Of a stretch of DNA of 44,866 nt, positions 10,713 through 22,800 are shown one piece after another. Position numbers and translations under genes: made by a program. The notes beneath the pieces are model-generated. The model ran no database searches and had not been told where the DNA came from. It saw only the letters and a list, made by a program, of their open reading frames with translations. Origin of the DNA: Octopus bimaculoides (Eukaryota); the NCBI RefSeq assembly GCF_001194135.2, contig NC_068982.1, forward strand, positions 88,572,132-88,616,997. Direction: 5' to 3'. The number at the start of each line of letters is the position of its first letter. The first letter of the stretch is position 1.

Positions 10713-12277
10713 AATCAATATCTTGTTTTCTTATGCTGAGACTGATAAGAATCCGTATCCTCTTAACCATTTGTATGATTTATTAAGTTCTAATCTTCTT
10801 GTTTTAGTATCTGGAACCAATTAAGTTTCTCAGTCATTTTATTCTTAGTAGTAGTATTGTTATTGTTTGCTATCACTGCACACTTAAATGCAGCTCTATA
10901 TCTCTTGGATATAAATCATTTTCGTAGTCGTTTGCGTTGTCATATTGAATGTAATCCATGCAATGTTTGATGCAGTTCTAGTTCGTAGTTCCTGTATGGT
11001 GCATCTTTAAGTTTTAATCTTTTAGGTATGTATTTCTCTGCACTCATCTATTGTTATGATAGCCTATTCTGTTTTCAGTACTTACTGAGTATGTATAATT
11101 CCAAGATTTTTATAATATTAATCATCACAAAATTTCAAAGACTTTTATGCAGTTTTCTACAGTAATACTCAAATGCAACTATGTTCCTAGTTTGTGTATA
11201 TAGAATACCGTAGATAGTTTAGAATTGTCTTCGTATATGATAATAAATTTCATTTGTTCAAGGGTTTCTTTATTATTTCTAGCATTCTTTTCTTTTACCA
11301 CCTGTTATGTAGCCTACGTGCTGTATGAATTGTGTTATATTGGTCGTTGGCTTGCATTTGTGTTTTGTATTTACTTTGAAAATGATGATATGATACTGTG
11401 GAGCGTTAATTATGTCGTGTATGTGGTAAGCTATGGTATACTGATGGGTTGCAACTATGGATGTGAAATATGCCAGATGTTTTTAGAGCATTCCATATAG
11501 ATTAAAACTAGATTAGAGTGATAAAACTCTTTATTTTCAAGTGATTTATATGAAATGAATTATGTTGAGTTTGAATAAGTTATGTTATTTTACCATCATT
11601 ACTACTATTTGTTACTTTACCATATTCAATAATATATTATTTGATAGAGTAAGCATATGTAGTATCTTATTTTTTCATTGAGTTATTCATTTTTCTTTTT
11701 TCGGCGTATATGTTTATCTATATTTTTTGGTTAGAGTATGAGAAGCAAATCCTGTAAAATAATATTGATGCTTCATTATATATATAGTAAATATTGAACT
11801 TGAAAATAGACAATATATGTATATGTACATAAACATATCGATGATATTACGGTATCAAACTCAGTGATAAAGGTAACACATAAGTCTCTCATATAGATTG
11901 TAACTACTGATAGATAACTGCATTTAAAAAGATCAAAATATTATTCCACAAGTAAACAATTGGTTGAGAGAAGGGGAGAAGTGAGAGGAAATGGAGAGAG
12001 AGAGAATTTATTTTTCTTTCATAATTCAAATTTTCATATTAAGAATCAATAACATTTGCACATGAAACACACTATCTCTCCGTAAGATATCTAGGAGGCA
12101 CGGATACGATTCCCCGAATGTGGTAAACTACTTCCGGTGAGAAATTGCCGGGCCCATGGAACCAGGGCGGTCAAACCAACACTTTCCATAGAAGAAACGC
12201 TAAACATGCAACAGCTTGTATATCACTCACTAGCAGTCTAAAAGGTCTGCTAGTTATTTGTCATTAACCGATACAAT

Positions 12278-12405
12278 ATTTTATCGATCTCGAAATGTTG
12301 GATAGGAAATTCAGTGGACTTGATTTCTGAATGCAGTGAAACGGGACAAATACCACAGAGGATTCTAACGACCCTATACTCACTCTGACATTCTGCCGTC
12401 TAGAA
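12278..12405 (-). mobile_element. SINE family A, old diverged copy
   Basis: TTTTATCGATCTCGAAA...ACAAATACCAC...CATTCTGCC partial match to family motifs. Confidence 0.45.
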
Positions 12406-13855
12406 CGGTGTATTTACAATATGTCTCATAATGCAATACTTCTATAATTTAATTATCTTGTTTAACATAATATTCTGAGTAAATTTTTGCGTTGTGTATT
12501 TAATGCAGTAATTATCTGTCCCGTTCTCTTAAATAGATTGATCGATTCCCCTAAAATTCCTTTGAGAATATTATAATTGTATTAACTGGAATATCCTCGG
12601 TTTTAACAACTCATTAACAATTGATTTCAGTTTTAATATTAAATTAGTGTCTTTGTAATATTATTTCCTAAACTTTGCTTTCATTTCTGTGAGTTTTACT
12701 CATTTTGCTACATTAATGTTTAAATAATGGTGTATTTTTAGTTTAATTCTCTTATGTGTGATTATTTAACTCTTATGTTAATGACTCTCATAAAATATTT
12801 TCCTCTTTCAAAATACGCAAATTAACTTTGTCAAAGTTGTTTTGAGTATTTTGTCTTATACATTTCGTCCCAACTTCTAAACTGAATCTATCAAATGTGT
12901 GCAAAAACTGGCTTTCCAGTTAACATCCTAGTTTTCATTTGTGGTGTACTGCTGAAATCGCACATAAATAAATACATAAAGAAATAGTTAAGATCATGCT
13001 GTAATTATCTGTAGTATATATCCAGCCTGAGTTAGTATGCTGGGTGACAGTATTTGTCTTAGACAAACAGTCGAGAGATGTTAAGTTCTTAGAACTCCTA
13101 TTTTTGCTAGGATTTATAAAATAGTTTACCGAATGTAAAACTGTTATTGGCGGTACTGTATACATTGCCAGTAAATTCTAGAATTTATAAATGAGATTCA
13201 ATATTGAAAGCCTTCTGGCAAACAATCCTTCATATGGAGTCCTATTATACTATTTCATTACGGCTTTGTTCAAAGATATCTTGCTTTTAGTATTTTCCCG
13301 ATAGCAATCCATTCACAGTCTGCAATTTGCTCCCATAAGCTTATGATTTATCTTCCTGTTGGCGCTTTAGTGCTTCTTAATTTTAAAAATAAACTGGAGA
13401 AGGAGATCGTTAGTTTGTATTGTTTATAGAAGTGTCGGGAATTTTTGTTATGATGGATTCTTTGCTATTTAAGATTACATGCTCTAGGAGTTTTTGTTGA
13501 TTTGTTTCTATATTATTTGCTCCACATAAAGTTTTTGTTTTATTTGTGTACTTTAGCTGTCAAAATCATTAAAGAATACGAGACTGTTCTCTGTATGATT
13601 ATGCTTCTCTGTATGATTATTTTCCAGTGTGTTATCTTAGGTCCAGCTATTATCGCATAAGAGCTGTTGTTGATAAGGTACCATCTTTTCTTAACCGTTG
13701 CAAGTGCTACAAGGTAAATTTGAATTAAAGTACTACATAATTTAAACTAAAATTAAATTTAAATTAAAGAACTACATAACAATATTTATCATAGATATTT
13801 CAGTCTTAGCTTTTGTCATGTTCCATGCCATCTGTATTTTCATTAGTGTATTTCT

Positions 13856-14280
13856 GGTTCGAGGCTAACAGACCAGATATAGTTATCAGAAATCACCAAC
13901 AAAAAACATGCCTTCTAATCGATGGATCAATAGCAACAGAAGACGTATCTCTAAAAGAAACGGAGAAACTCTCAAAATACAAAGATCTGGCGATAAAGGT
14001 AACACGAATGTAGGGGCCTAAAAACAGACAAAGCCCCCATAGCAATAGGTGCATAATGAATTGATTAAAAAACTTTCAGACGAATACATCACTAAAACAC
14101 CAAGACGTACGAATATATAACATACAGAAAATAGCACTACTAGGCATCGCACACTTCTTACATAAAGCACTTTCAATATAGTGAAAATACGAGGACCATA
14201 CAAGCCACAAACACATGCTCAAAGGCCCACAGACATGCGCTCATTAGTTCAGTGAAAAGACATGTTAAAAATAAGACTAT

Positions 14281-14359
<79 letters not shown>
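13856..14359 (+). mobile_element. R4/Dong-like LINE 3' end with (AAT)n tail
   Basis: EANRPDIVIRNHQQKTCLLIDGSIATEDVSLKETEKLSKYKDL, ..IQKIALLGIAHFLHKALSI*, then 3' UTR and (AAT)n at 14283-14359. Confidence 0.9.
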
Positions 14360-14362
<3 letters not shown>

Positions 14363-14364
14363 CC

Positions 14365-14465
14365 AACATCAACTTCTAACTTGTCTCTTGAGGTCTCTTG
14401 GTAAAACTTGGAGCCAATTTGTACAAGTGCAAAGCAAAAGTCAAACAAAATAATAATAATAATAA
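14365..14465 (+). mobile_element. R4/Dong-like 3' UTR stub with (AAT)n tail
   Basis: GAGGTCTCTTGGTAAAACTTGGAGCC resembles the UTR of the 7545-8095 copy (GAGGTCTCTGAGGTGAGACTTGGAA) and ends in AAT repeats. Confidence 0.5.
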
Positions 14466-14479
14466 ATACCCTGATGCAG

Positions 14480-15860
14480 TACCAGGCAGTGGCTCTCATA
14501 GCTTCTGATCTTAACTTATTGGAATTGTTATCATGTATATTGTTTTGTCTTGGTATAAATGATGGGCTACAGCAAATATTCTGCTCAATATCAGATTTGC
14601 TTCTCAGCTGTTTCACCTTAATCAGTTGAGCATGTCCCTTAGTTACTGACGATATGTGCATCTCTGATCACGAGCAGAAGTTTCAATTTGCTTAATCAAG
14701 TCTCTAGTCGATAATGCGATCCCTGCTAGGGACTATATCTTGTCTCTCTTTAGGTAGATTATTTGGCACTTCTTGAGTCCAAATTCCATTCTAATATCAA
14801 TTCTAAAACAATGGACCGTGTTCACCAAGGAACTCACTTGGGTCTCTTCTTTGCCACATAGTTTCAAATTATCCATGAAGAGGAGGTAGTTGATCGTTAG
14901 GGATTTTTCCTTCAGTTGGTACCCCAGGTTCATTTTCCTGAGTACCAAGGTCAGGGGTATCACGCAGAGAACGGAAAGCAACAGAGATAGGCTGTCATCC
15001 TGGACAATCCCTCTTCTGATAACCAGGGTGCCCAAGCTTTTTCCGTAAGATGTCAGTTCAGCTTTCCATCCCACCATACTTCTCTTCAGGAAATGCGTTG
15101 CATTCCTCGCAATTTCAAACAGATCTAAGCACTCAATGATCCGCGAATGTGGAATCATATCATAAGCGATAGTCAATCCAGGTCATTTCTACATTTGTTC
15201 TCCTTCGTTTACAATTTTGTCTATGAATAATTGATCTTTCGTGCATCTCCTAGAACCTTTTTGGTCCGTCGGTATTATATCGTTCTCATCACAAAATTTA
15301 TACAGTTCATCTGCAGTTCCTCCTGACAGTAACTTCCACATTAACAGGAGGTAAGGAACTTGTCTGTAAGTGTCAGTAGCATTTACCGTTGATGCAACCT
15401 TCAAGCACAATACCATTCGTCTTTTTGTCAATCAGCCCGGGATATCCATTAGATTTCCATTAAATTGCTCTGCAATCAATTTATAGCAACTAGTGAATTT
15501 TTTATCCAAAATCTCTGCATACCATCAGGTCCTGCTGCTGTCCAATTGCTTGTCTTTTTACTCATATTTCTGATACTGTCTTCTGTGAAGTCCTCTTGCT
15601 GGGGGTAAGAAGTTGTTTGCTTCAGGCTGCAGAGCCTTTCAGCTGTAGTATTATGTTGTAATTGCTTACTCCATATCTTACCCCAGAAAAGTCGACTTTC
15701 ATCAGCATCAGGGACCAAACGTTCGCGTTTGTTATCTTCATTAATCTTTTTTGGTTGGTTCTTAACAATTTGTTTTAGTGGTTTTGCTTAATCCGTTGTT
15801 CAAACTTTAGGTCTACACCATTTTTCATCACATTTACTTGATAGTTCCGGGTCAGTCAGA
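14480..15860 (-). mobile_element. R4/Dong-like LINE, RT-containing fragment
   Basis: PDADESRLFWGKIW, SNWTAAGPDGMQRFWIK, TDQKGSRRCTKDQLFIDK, AYDMIPHS, IRRGIVQDDSLS, LLFMDNLKL, MEFGLKKC. Confidence 0.9.
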
Positions 15861-17340
15861 TCTAATCTTGGGCAGCAAAGATAAAGCCTTCACTCTCTGC
15901 CTTTAGCTCTGAGCTCCGTAGTCACTGATGGGTGTGTTTCTGATCTACATCAACCTGTTTGCTAGGGGACACATATTTGCCATGTCCTCAGCTATCAGTC
16001 AATTTTTCAAACGCATTTTGCTTTGCTATTGATTTCATATTCTCTGCAACTGCAGTTGCTGCATTTCCATCATGCTGTTCAACCTGGGTATTAAGCATAA
16101 TCTCACTTGAAACTATTTTGTTCTCTTTCATAACAGAAAGTAGCTTCTTACGACTTGCATTGTTTTCAACGGGCATTCAGTCGTTAGATGTTACAAAATA
16201 TTTTGCCAGTTCAAGTGTAATGGTTTTGTAGGAGATTTCAGATAGGATCAATCCTCGACATCCTTGATGTCTGAGTAGGTAAAGACGATCTGCATTTGCC
16301 TTTGGGTGGTGCATCTTATTGCAAGTCGGCAGCTTACTGATTTTTGTGTCAATCTTCCTTATTTGGCTCATATTCCAGTTCAACACGTTGAAACTGTAAA
16401 TAACAACTGCAAATGCTACGACATTTATAGCTAACACCTTGTTACGTGCATTTAACTCGGATTTCGGACTGCTCGAACTTTCCTTTAAAACTCTTTCCTA
16501 GTCTTCTCTTTCATACTTGCATGCTGAATACCAGAGTCCCCATCTATTCCAAAGTATTTGTAAGTTTGTTCCTGCTCGAGCTCTTTTATGACTGTGTCGA
16601 CATCCAACTCCACTGAATGTGAGGTCTTCAGTTTCCCTTTCTGGAAAGTGACCTTGGCACATTTATCAAGACCAAATTCCATCCCGATGTCATCACTGAA
16701 TGCTTTCACAGTACGTAGTAGTCCTTCAAGCCCATTATCGTGTTTGCCATAGAGTTTTAAGTCATCCATATAAAATAGGTGACTTATTTTCTTGTCGCCA
16801 ATTTTATATCCATACCCTGTTCTGTTAAGTTCACTTGTAAGGGGTATTAGGGCTATGTAGAAAATTAAAGGTGAAAGTGAGTCACCGTGGAAAATGCCTC
16901 AGTTGATATCAATATTTTTGTGGTCAGTACTCCATTAGTGTGGTATAGCTGAAGATTCGTATTCGACATTGGTATGTGCTCAAGGAAGTTTGATATCGCA
17001 GGAGAAAATTTGAATATATCCAGCGGTATGCTGTCGAAAGCCTTTTTATAATCAATCCATGCAGAACAGATTTCTGGATTTGTTATAACAGTTCTCAAGG
17101 ATCATGTGATTGATAAAGAGTTGGTCTTTGCATCTATATGAGCCTCGCTGGCACCCCTTTTTTTCAATGGGAAAAATATCGTTCTGTTCTATAATTTTGT
17201 ATGTTTTTTCCACGAGGATGGACATTGCAAATTTATACGTGGTAGATAGACCTGTTATGGGTCTATAGTTTTGTGGAAGTTAGGTTTCATTATTCTTCGG
17301 GAGTAGGTAATACCCCTTAGTAACCAATCAGGTGGTATGA
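15861..17340 (-). mobile_element. R4/Dong-like LINE, second RT-containing fragment
   Basis: PDWLLRGITY..QNYRPITGLST, SAWIDYKKAFDSIP, MDDLKLYGK, DDIGMEFGLDKCAK, MHHPKANADRLYL, VDQKHTHQ*LRSSELKAESEGFIFAAQD. Confidence 0.9.
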
Positions 17341-17354
17341 TAGATTCTCTATAT

Positions 17355-18375
17355 TTTTATTATTATTATTATAATTATTATTATTATTATAATTATTATT
17401 ATTATTATTATAATTATTATTCTTGTTGTTGTTGTTGTTGTTGTTGCTATTTTTATTATTATTATTGTTTTTCAGTAGTCTTATTTGTATCACTTGCTTT
17501 CACTGCACTACCGAGCGCAGATCCCTGTGCCTGAGGTATGTGCAGTTGTTTGCTGTGATGCTCTTATGGTTACTGTATTGAAAGTATTTTACGTAGGATG
17601 TGTGCGGTGCCTAGTAGTGCTATTTTCTGTACGTTATATACTATTGTTAGTCCTGGTGTTTTTGCTATGTATTTGTCTGAATATTTTTTTTATAATACCT
17701 AATGCACCTACTATGATAGGAATTGTTTCTGTTTTTAGACTCCACGTTCGAGTTACCTCTATTTCCACGTCTTTGTGCTTTGAAAGTTTCTCCATTTCTT
17801 TCCGGTACTGATAAATCGATTAGAAGGCATTTCTTTCTTGATGATCTCTGAGAACTATATATGACATATTGGCCTTAATTTCTTTCTCTCTGTGTATTGG
17901 CATATCCTATAATGTGGTTGCTTTTTCCCTTTCTGTTACCTTTACTGGCATGTGCCTATACGATCTTTTTTCTGTTGTTATTCCATAGTGTTGGCATAGC
18001 TTCCAGCGTATATAGACCCCAACACTGTCTTGTTTGAATATATTCCTTCTTAGTCAGGATTGAGCAGCCAGAAACAACATGATTTATTGTTTCTTGTCCA
18101 TCAACACATAGTCTGCAGTTACGTGTCTTTCTTTTCGTTATATGAATTCGATAATTTCTGCTGAGTCGGCTTTAGTTTTGTGCTGCAATTAAAATTCCTT
18201 CAGTCTCCGCTGTGAGTCTTGAGCTTTTCAGCTATTGTTGGAATTTTCCTTTCTATTTCTTTTGTGTTTGGTCTAACCCAGTATTTACCATAAAAGGGCT
18301 TTTCTTGGCATCGTTTTATCATTATATAGTTCCAGTTTTAGCCTGGCTTTCAGTTGTTTTATAACTTTTTGTTGT
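17355..18375 (-). mobile_element. R4/Dong-like LINE 3' portion (CCHC knuckle and REL) with (TAA)n tail
   Basis: AETEGILIAAQ, CRLCVDGQETINHVVSGCSIL, KEMEKLSKHKDVEIEVTRTWSLKTETIPIIVGALG, KIALLGTAHILRK; tail is (ATT)n/(GTT)n at 17355-17467. Confidence 0.9.
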
Positions 18376-18376
18376 T

Positions 18377-18476
18377 TCTTCTTCTTCTTCTTCTTCTTCT
18401 TCTTCTTCTTCTTCTTCTTCTTCTTCTTCTTCTTCTTCTTCTTCTTCTTCTTCTTCTTCTTCTTCTTCTTCTTCTT
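18377..18476. repeat. (TTC)n microsatellite
   Basis: Directly visible, running into the gap. Confidence 0.95.
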
Positions 18477-18621
18477 NNNNNNNNNNNNNNNNNNNNNNNN
18501 NNNNNNNNNNNNNNNNNNNNNNNNNNNNNNNNNNNNNNNNNNNNNNNNNNNNNNNNNNNNNNNNNNNNNNNNNNNNNNNNNNNNNNNNNNNNNNNNNNNN
18601 NNNNNNNNNNNNNNNNNNNNN
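18477..18621. other. Assembly gap (N)
   Basis: Run of N. Confidence 1.
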
Positions 18622-18622
18622 N

Positions 18623-18671
<49 letters not shown>

Positions 18672-19075
18672 TAATAATAATAATAATAATAATTATTATT
18701 ATTATGTTGTTTTTTTCTTCTTTCTTCAAATTTTCTTCCATTTCTCACCGAGTGTTTTCCGTACACCTAGGGCAGAGAAGCTCATTGTATGCATTCCCAG
18801 TTTACACACGCAAATTCACAGGTAACATAAGTATTTTAATAAATAAATAAATAAATAAATTCATGAATGAATGTTGTTTTCACAGCGATAATGCTCTTCT
18901 CAGTAAATGAGTCGTTCCAGTTAACACGATTTTTTGCACTTCCTGTAGGGATGGTAAGACTGGTATCATTTTCAAATAGGTTTCAGTACCTTTTTCTTAT
19001 CATTCCTAGAGATCCTACAATCACTTGTACAGTAGTCGCCTTGAGATACCACATTTTTTTCAATTTCTATTAGCA
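18622..19075 (-). mobile_element. R4/Dong-like LINE 3' end (different subfamily) with TAA-type tail
   Basis: IEKMWYLKATTVQVIVGSLGMI..MIPVLPSLQEVQKIVLTGTTHLLRRALSL*; microsatellite at 18622-18703. Confidence 0.8.
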
Positions 19076-19182
19076 AGTCTTTTTATTGACTGATCTTGTC
19101 TTAATTTTTCCTCTACTATCTCACTGACATCCTGCCTTTACATTTCTTTATACTAAACAGAGGGGATTAAAACAGCATAAAT

Positions 19183-19400
19183 ACTGATTTCAAATTTTAA
19201 CACCAGGCCAGCAATTTCGTTGGAGGTAGTAAGTCGATTACATCAACTCCAGTGCTCAACTGATACTTACTTCATCGATCTCAAAAGGCTGAAAAAGCAA
19301 AGTTAATCTCAGTGGAATTTGAACTCAAACCGTAAAGACGGACAAAACGCTTCTAGGCATTTTGCCCAGCCTGCTAACGATTCTGCAAACTCGCTACCTT
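19183..19400 (-). mobile_element. SINE family A
   Basis: AAGTCGATTACATC..CCAGTGCTCAACTG..GGAATTTGAACTCA..GCTAACGATTCTGC. Confidence 0.85.
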
Positions 19401-19504
19401 AGGCATATCGCAAATATTAAAGGGGATAATTAGTTTCCTAAGAAAATTCCTCTCTTGATATTGACTTTCCCTAAGGATATATCAGCTGAATTAACGATCT
19501 ACCT

Positions 19505-20265
19505 TTCATTTCTTCACGCTATAGCTAATTAATTCTCTTATGCTGTCTGCCATACTGAATATACTTAAACATGCACTTATCCATGAGTGTGGAATCATGT
19601 CATATGCTTTCTTATAAGCTATCCATGTTATTGTTAATTTTTCTTTTTTAGGTTTCACTTCATTTAGAACTGCTTGTCTATGCATAATACCTCATGCGTT
19701 CATCTAGCCTTCTTCCAGCAACCTTTCTTTTCTTGAGGTAAATTACCGCTGTCAAGATGCTTCAGAAATACTTTCTGAGAGCATTCCTCTTAACAGCTTC
19801 CAAAGTAAAGTCAAGCAAGTCATTGGTCTATAATCAGTAGCTATATTGCCCTTGCTTTTGTTTTTTAATATATAGTACTTTTCTCCCTCTAGTCATTCAA
19901 CTAGTCATCTATACCTCAGTATCCCATGTAATTTTCTAAATTTCTGTAGTCAATACTGATGAACTAAATCTGGTTTTGGGCCCTTCCAATTCGGTATTCT
20001 TCCTAACACTTTGCAATAAGTTTTAGATCTGGCTGCTTCTCACAAACTACTTCTTTCTACACTTTCTTTAACTATGCTGCATCCCAAATATCTCAAACAT
20101 TACTCCAGAAATTTCTAGCTGCTTTTCCATTTGGTTTATCTTCAGTACTTTCTACACAATTTATATATCGATAAAATCTTCTCTGCTCTGTTTCAAACAA
20201 TCTGTGCTGTTAATACTGGTCTATACTTTTCTTATATCTGGAAAGCTCATTTGCTATTGCTATGA
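19505..20265 (-). mobile_element. R4/Dong-like LINE fragment (pre-RT and RT N-terminal)
   Basis: LFETEQRRFY, RNFWS, IPNWKGP, DYRPMTCLTLLWKLL, WIAYKKAYDMIPHSWI. Confidence 0.85.
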
Positions 20266-20319
20266 TACGCTGTTTCAGGTCTTCCATGAGTGCTCCAGAT
20301 CCTCGCTCCTCGAGGAAGC

Positions 20320-20465
20320 ATGCCGAACGTAGTGCTTAGCGGCATTTTTTCCGGTTCTTTACTTGGAGTTCATATTCTGCCGAAGCCTTCTTTCGTTTTC
20401 ATCATTTGGAGGTCGATAAAATAACTACCAGTCAGAGCACTGGGGTCAATATAATCTTGCCCCGT
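20320..20465 (+). mobile_element. SINE family A, 5'-eroded
   Basis: TGCTTAGCGGCATTT...GGAGGTCGATAAAATAACTACCAGT..GCACTGGGGTCAAT. Confidence 0.75.
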
Positions 20466-20939
20466 CAACATGACGTTGGTGGCAGTGTTTCCAAAATATG
20501 AAACCTTTATTATTGTTGTTCTTGTCAGTGTGTACAAATATGTTTCTTCTCGCTCATGTCACTGTTTGGAATGTAGGTCGTTCCAGGATTTTTCCGGCTA
20601 ATTTTTTTATGTAATGTTTTATGTTTTTTAGAATGTTTTCACAAAACAGGTTTTATTTCATTGGTTTTGGCAAATGAATAAACAAGTAAACAAATAAATA
20701 AACACCTGTTTTGGACATTTGTTTGGCTTCGTTAAACTACATTTGCAATAGCTTCGAGCAAAAGTGTAACGCCAAATAAAATGAAAATATTGATTTTGAA
20801 TATTTGGAAGCACTAAAATTTCAAGCGTGATCTACCAGATTCTCCCTAATTATATAAATGGAAATTTATGCCTTTTCACAGAGAAGGAATAATTTCTCTG
20901 TGGCATTCTTCGGGACGACATAAATAACAACTGCATGGA

Positions 20940-21003
20940 CACACACGCAAACACACACACACACCCTATGCACACACTCTAACACACGTACGCACGCGTG
21001 CAC

Positions 21004-21034
<31 letters not shown>

Positions 21035-21080
21035 TACGCACACACACACACACACACATACACACACACACACGCACACG
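20940..21080. repeat. Imperfect (CA)n microsatellite
   Basis: Directly visible. Confidence 0.9.
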
Positions 21081-21199
21081 TCTAAGAAATGTCAATGCAT
21101 GAAGTTATATCTGGCCAAGTCTCTCAGTATTGCAATACTTGATATGACAGATGAAGAGAGCAATACAGGGCGTGGAAAAATTGCATTGACAAGAACTTA

Positions 21200-22228
21200 A
21201 TCATCACTTTACCCGAGGGATGTGCGGCGATATCAACGTGAAATAGTGGACACAAAACACAAAAAGGGGCACGACATCGCTCTAAGAAATTACGAGGCAG
21301 TGATAGAAGCGTAACTCAACCACGAAGAGTCAGTGGGCACCCGACTCGGCATGTGGAGATGCAGGTCAGTGGAGTGAAACAATTTCATGGAATACTCTAT
21401 GGTCGGATTCTGAGATTGCTGGGAGTAAGTTTGGTTCAGGTAGAGAATGAATGGAAGGTTGGGAGAAGCAGGGTGACCAGTCTCATTTGGAAATAGGCCA
21501 AGGAAAAGCTATCCCTGAAAGGTCGGGCACAAATAGTCAAAGTCTATATTGCTTCCGTCATTTATTATCGCATAACTTTCATGCTTTGCTTCAATCCATC
21601 TAGTTCATGTCTGGATATTTTGGAGCGCCTGCTATTCCGCCTCTTGTGAAAGAGATGCACTTCAGTCGTCAGATATTCCGCTTGTTGTCAAAAGCCGCTG
21701 CATTGCCGTGTGGACATACCGTAGATGATGGTACGTTCATAGGCTGAAGCACATCCAGTAATTCTTTGAACTTCAACAGTTTGCCTCACCTTTTGTCTAA
21801 GAGCTTTCCCATTGTTCGTCGCTCTGTCAGCACTGCAGTTATGTGGCATTAAAAGACCTACATAAGGTGCCTCACAACTGGAATATCAAACTCTGGCAAA
21901 TTTCTACCACTGGGACAATGTGGAAATTCTATGATGGCCTTCTTAAGAAGTTTAGTTACGGTAAAAGCGACGACCTTCTCGGGGAAATTCTGGAGATCGA
22001 TGAGGCTCAACTGACTGGTCTATTTTGTGGAGGACTTTAGAGCCGTAAAATATGGAGTGTTTCCACAAATCTCCAACCCGGCAGTGCTAACACGAGACAT
22101 TGTCATTTGGGGACAAACTATACAGTCATGGTGGTATCGTCAGACGAGCATATCTAAGGTGCATGTAGAGTGACGAAAACGTTCTGTACTCATTCGTCGT
22201 GTGCTCGAGCATGGTTCATTTCTGGAGA
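21200..22228 (+). mobile_element. L1/Tx1-like LINE ORF2 fragment (RT end to zinc-finger region)
   Basis: Decayed YADDI remnant near 21221, KLSLKGRAQIVKVYIASVIYYR, LERLLFRLL*K, FYDGL..SDDLLGEILEIDEAQLTGLF, DKLYSHG..RAYLRC. Confidence 0.8.
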
Positions 22229-22800
22229 CGCTACATTCATCCATCTTTTACGGATATACTGGTAGGTGGGGAAGTAAAATACCCTCTCCCATCAATTTCC
22301 TTTCCAGGTGGAACTTGAAAAGTCGATGAAGCATCGGGTGTAAAGTATGTGTCTATCTTGAGTCCGTTCAGTCGCTTCCACACAAAACCTCTTTTGCCAT
22401 GGCCGCCGGACAGAGGAGAATTGCGCCCACTTTCGGACAAAGGAACGCAGCGAAGCTGTCTTCAGGATGGAGACACCTGATTACCTGATTCGAACTACAG
22501 GTGATAGAAGTTGTTCGAGATAATTTTGCAAGAGTTAGCAATGATCAGGAACTGTACGAATGTGTGCAGGAAGGTTTTGTCCTTCTGGGCACATCTTGAG
22601 CAGGCACGGCTGACGATACTGTCGTGCATGTGAAACTTATCCTGAATGAGCAATGTTCCTCGCTAGCAGTCCTGGCTTCAGTATTTTTGGAAATTGTCCA
22701 TAGGCACCGACCCGAAATTCCTCCGGAAATGACCATCCATTTGTGTTTGATCGATCTACAGATTTTCCCTGAGAACGCCATCGCTCATATACACCACGAA
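22229..22800 (-). mobile_element. L1/Tx1-like LINE ORF2 C-terminal fragment
   Basis: PMDNFQK..RGTL..DKF..HDSIVSRACSRCAQKD..LH, AMAKE, VWKRLNGLK, KRWMNVA. Confidence 0.8.

Noticed and set aside
13628-13713. Possible 86-bp plus-strand exon (TTTTCCAG...AAG|GTAAAT), peptide CYLRSSYYRIRAVVDKVPSFLNRCKCYK
   Set aside because: No recognisable homology or supporting exons; needs RNA-seq.
14173-14661. Poly-Y, poly-N, poly-I, poly-L and VC/HT repeat ORFs throughout the window
   Set aside because: Translations of microsatellites.
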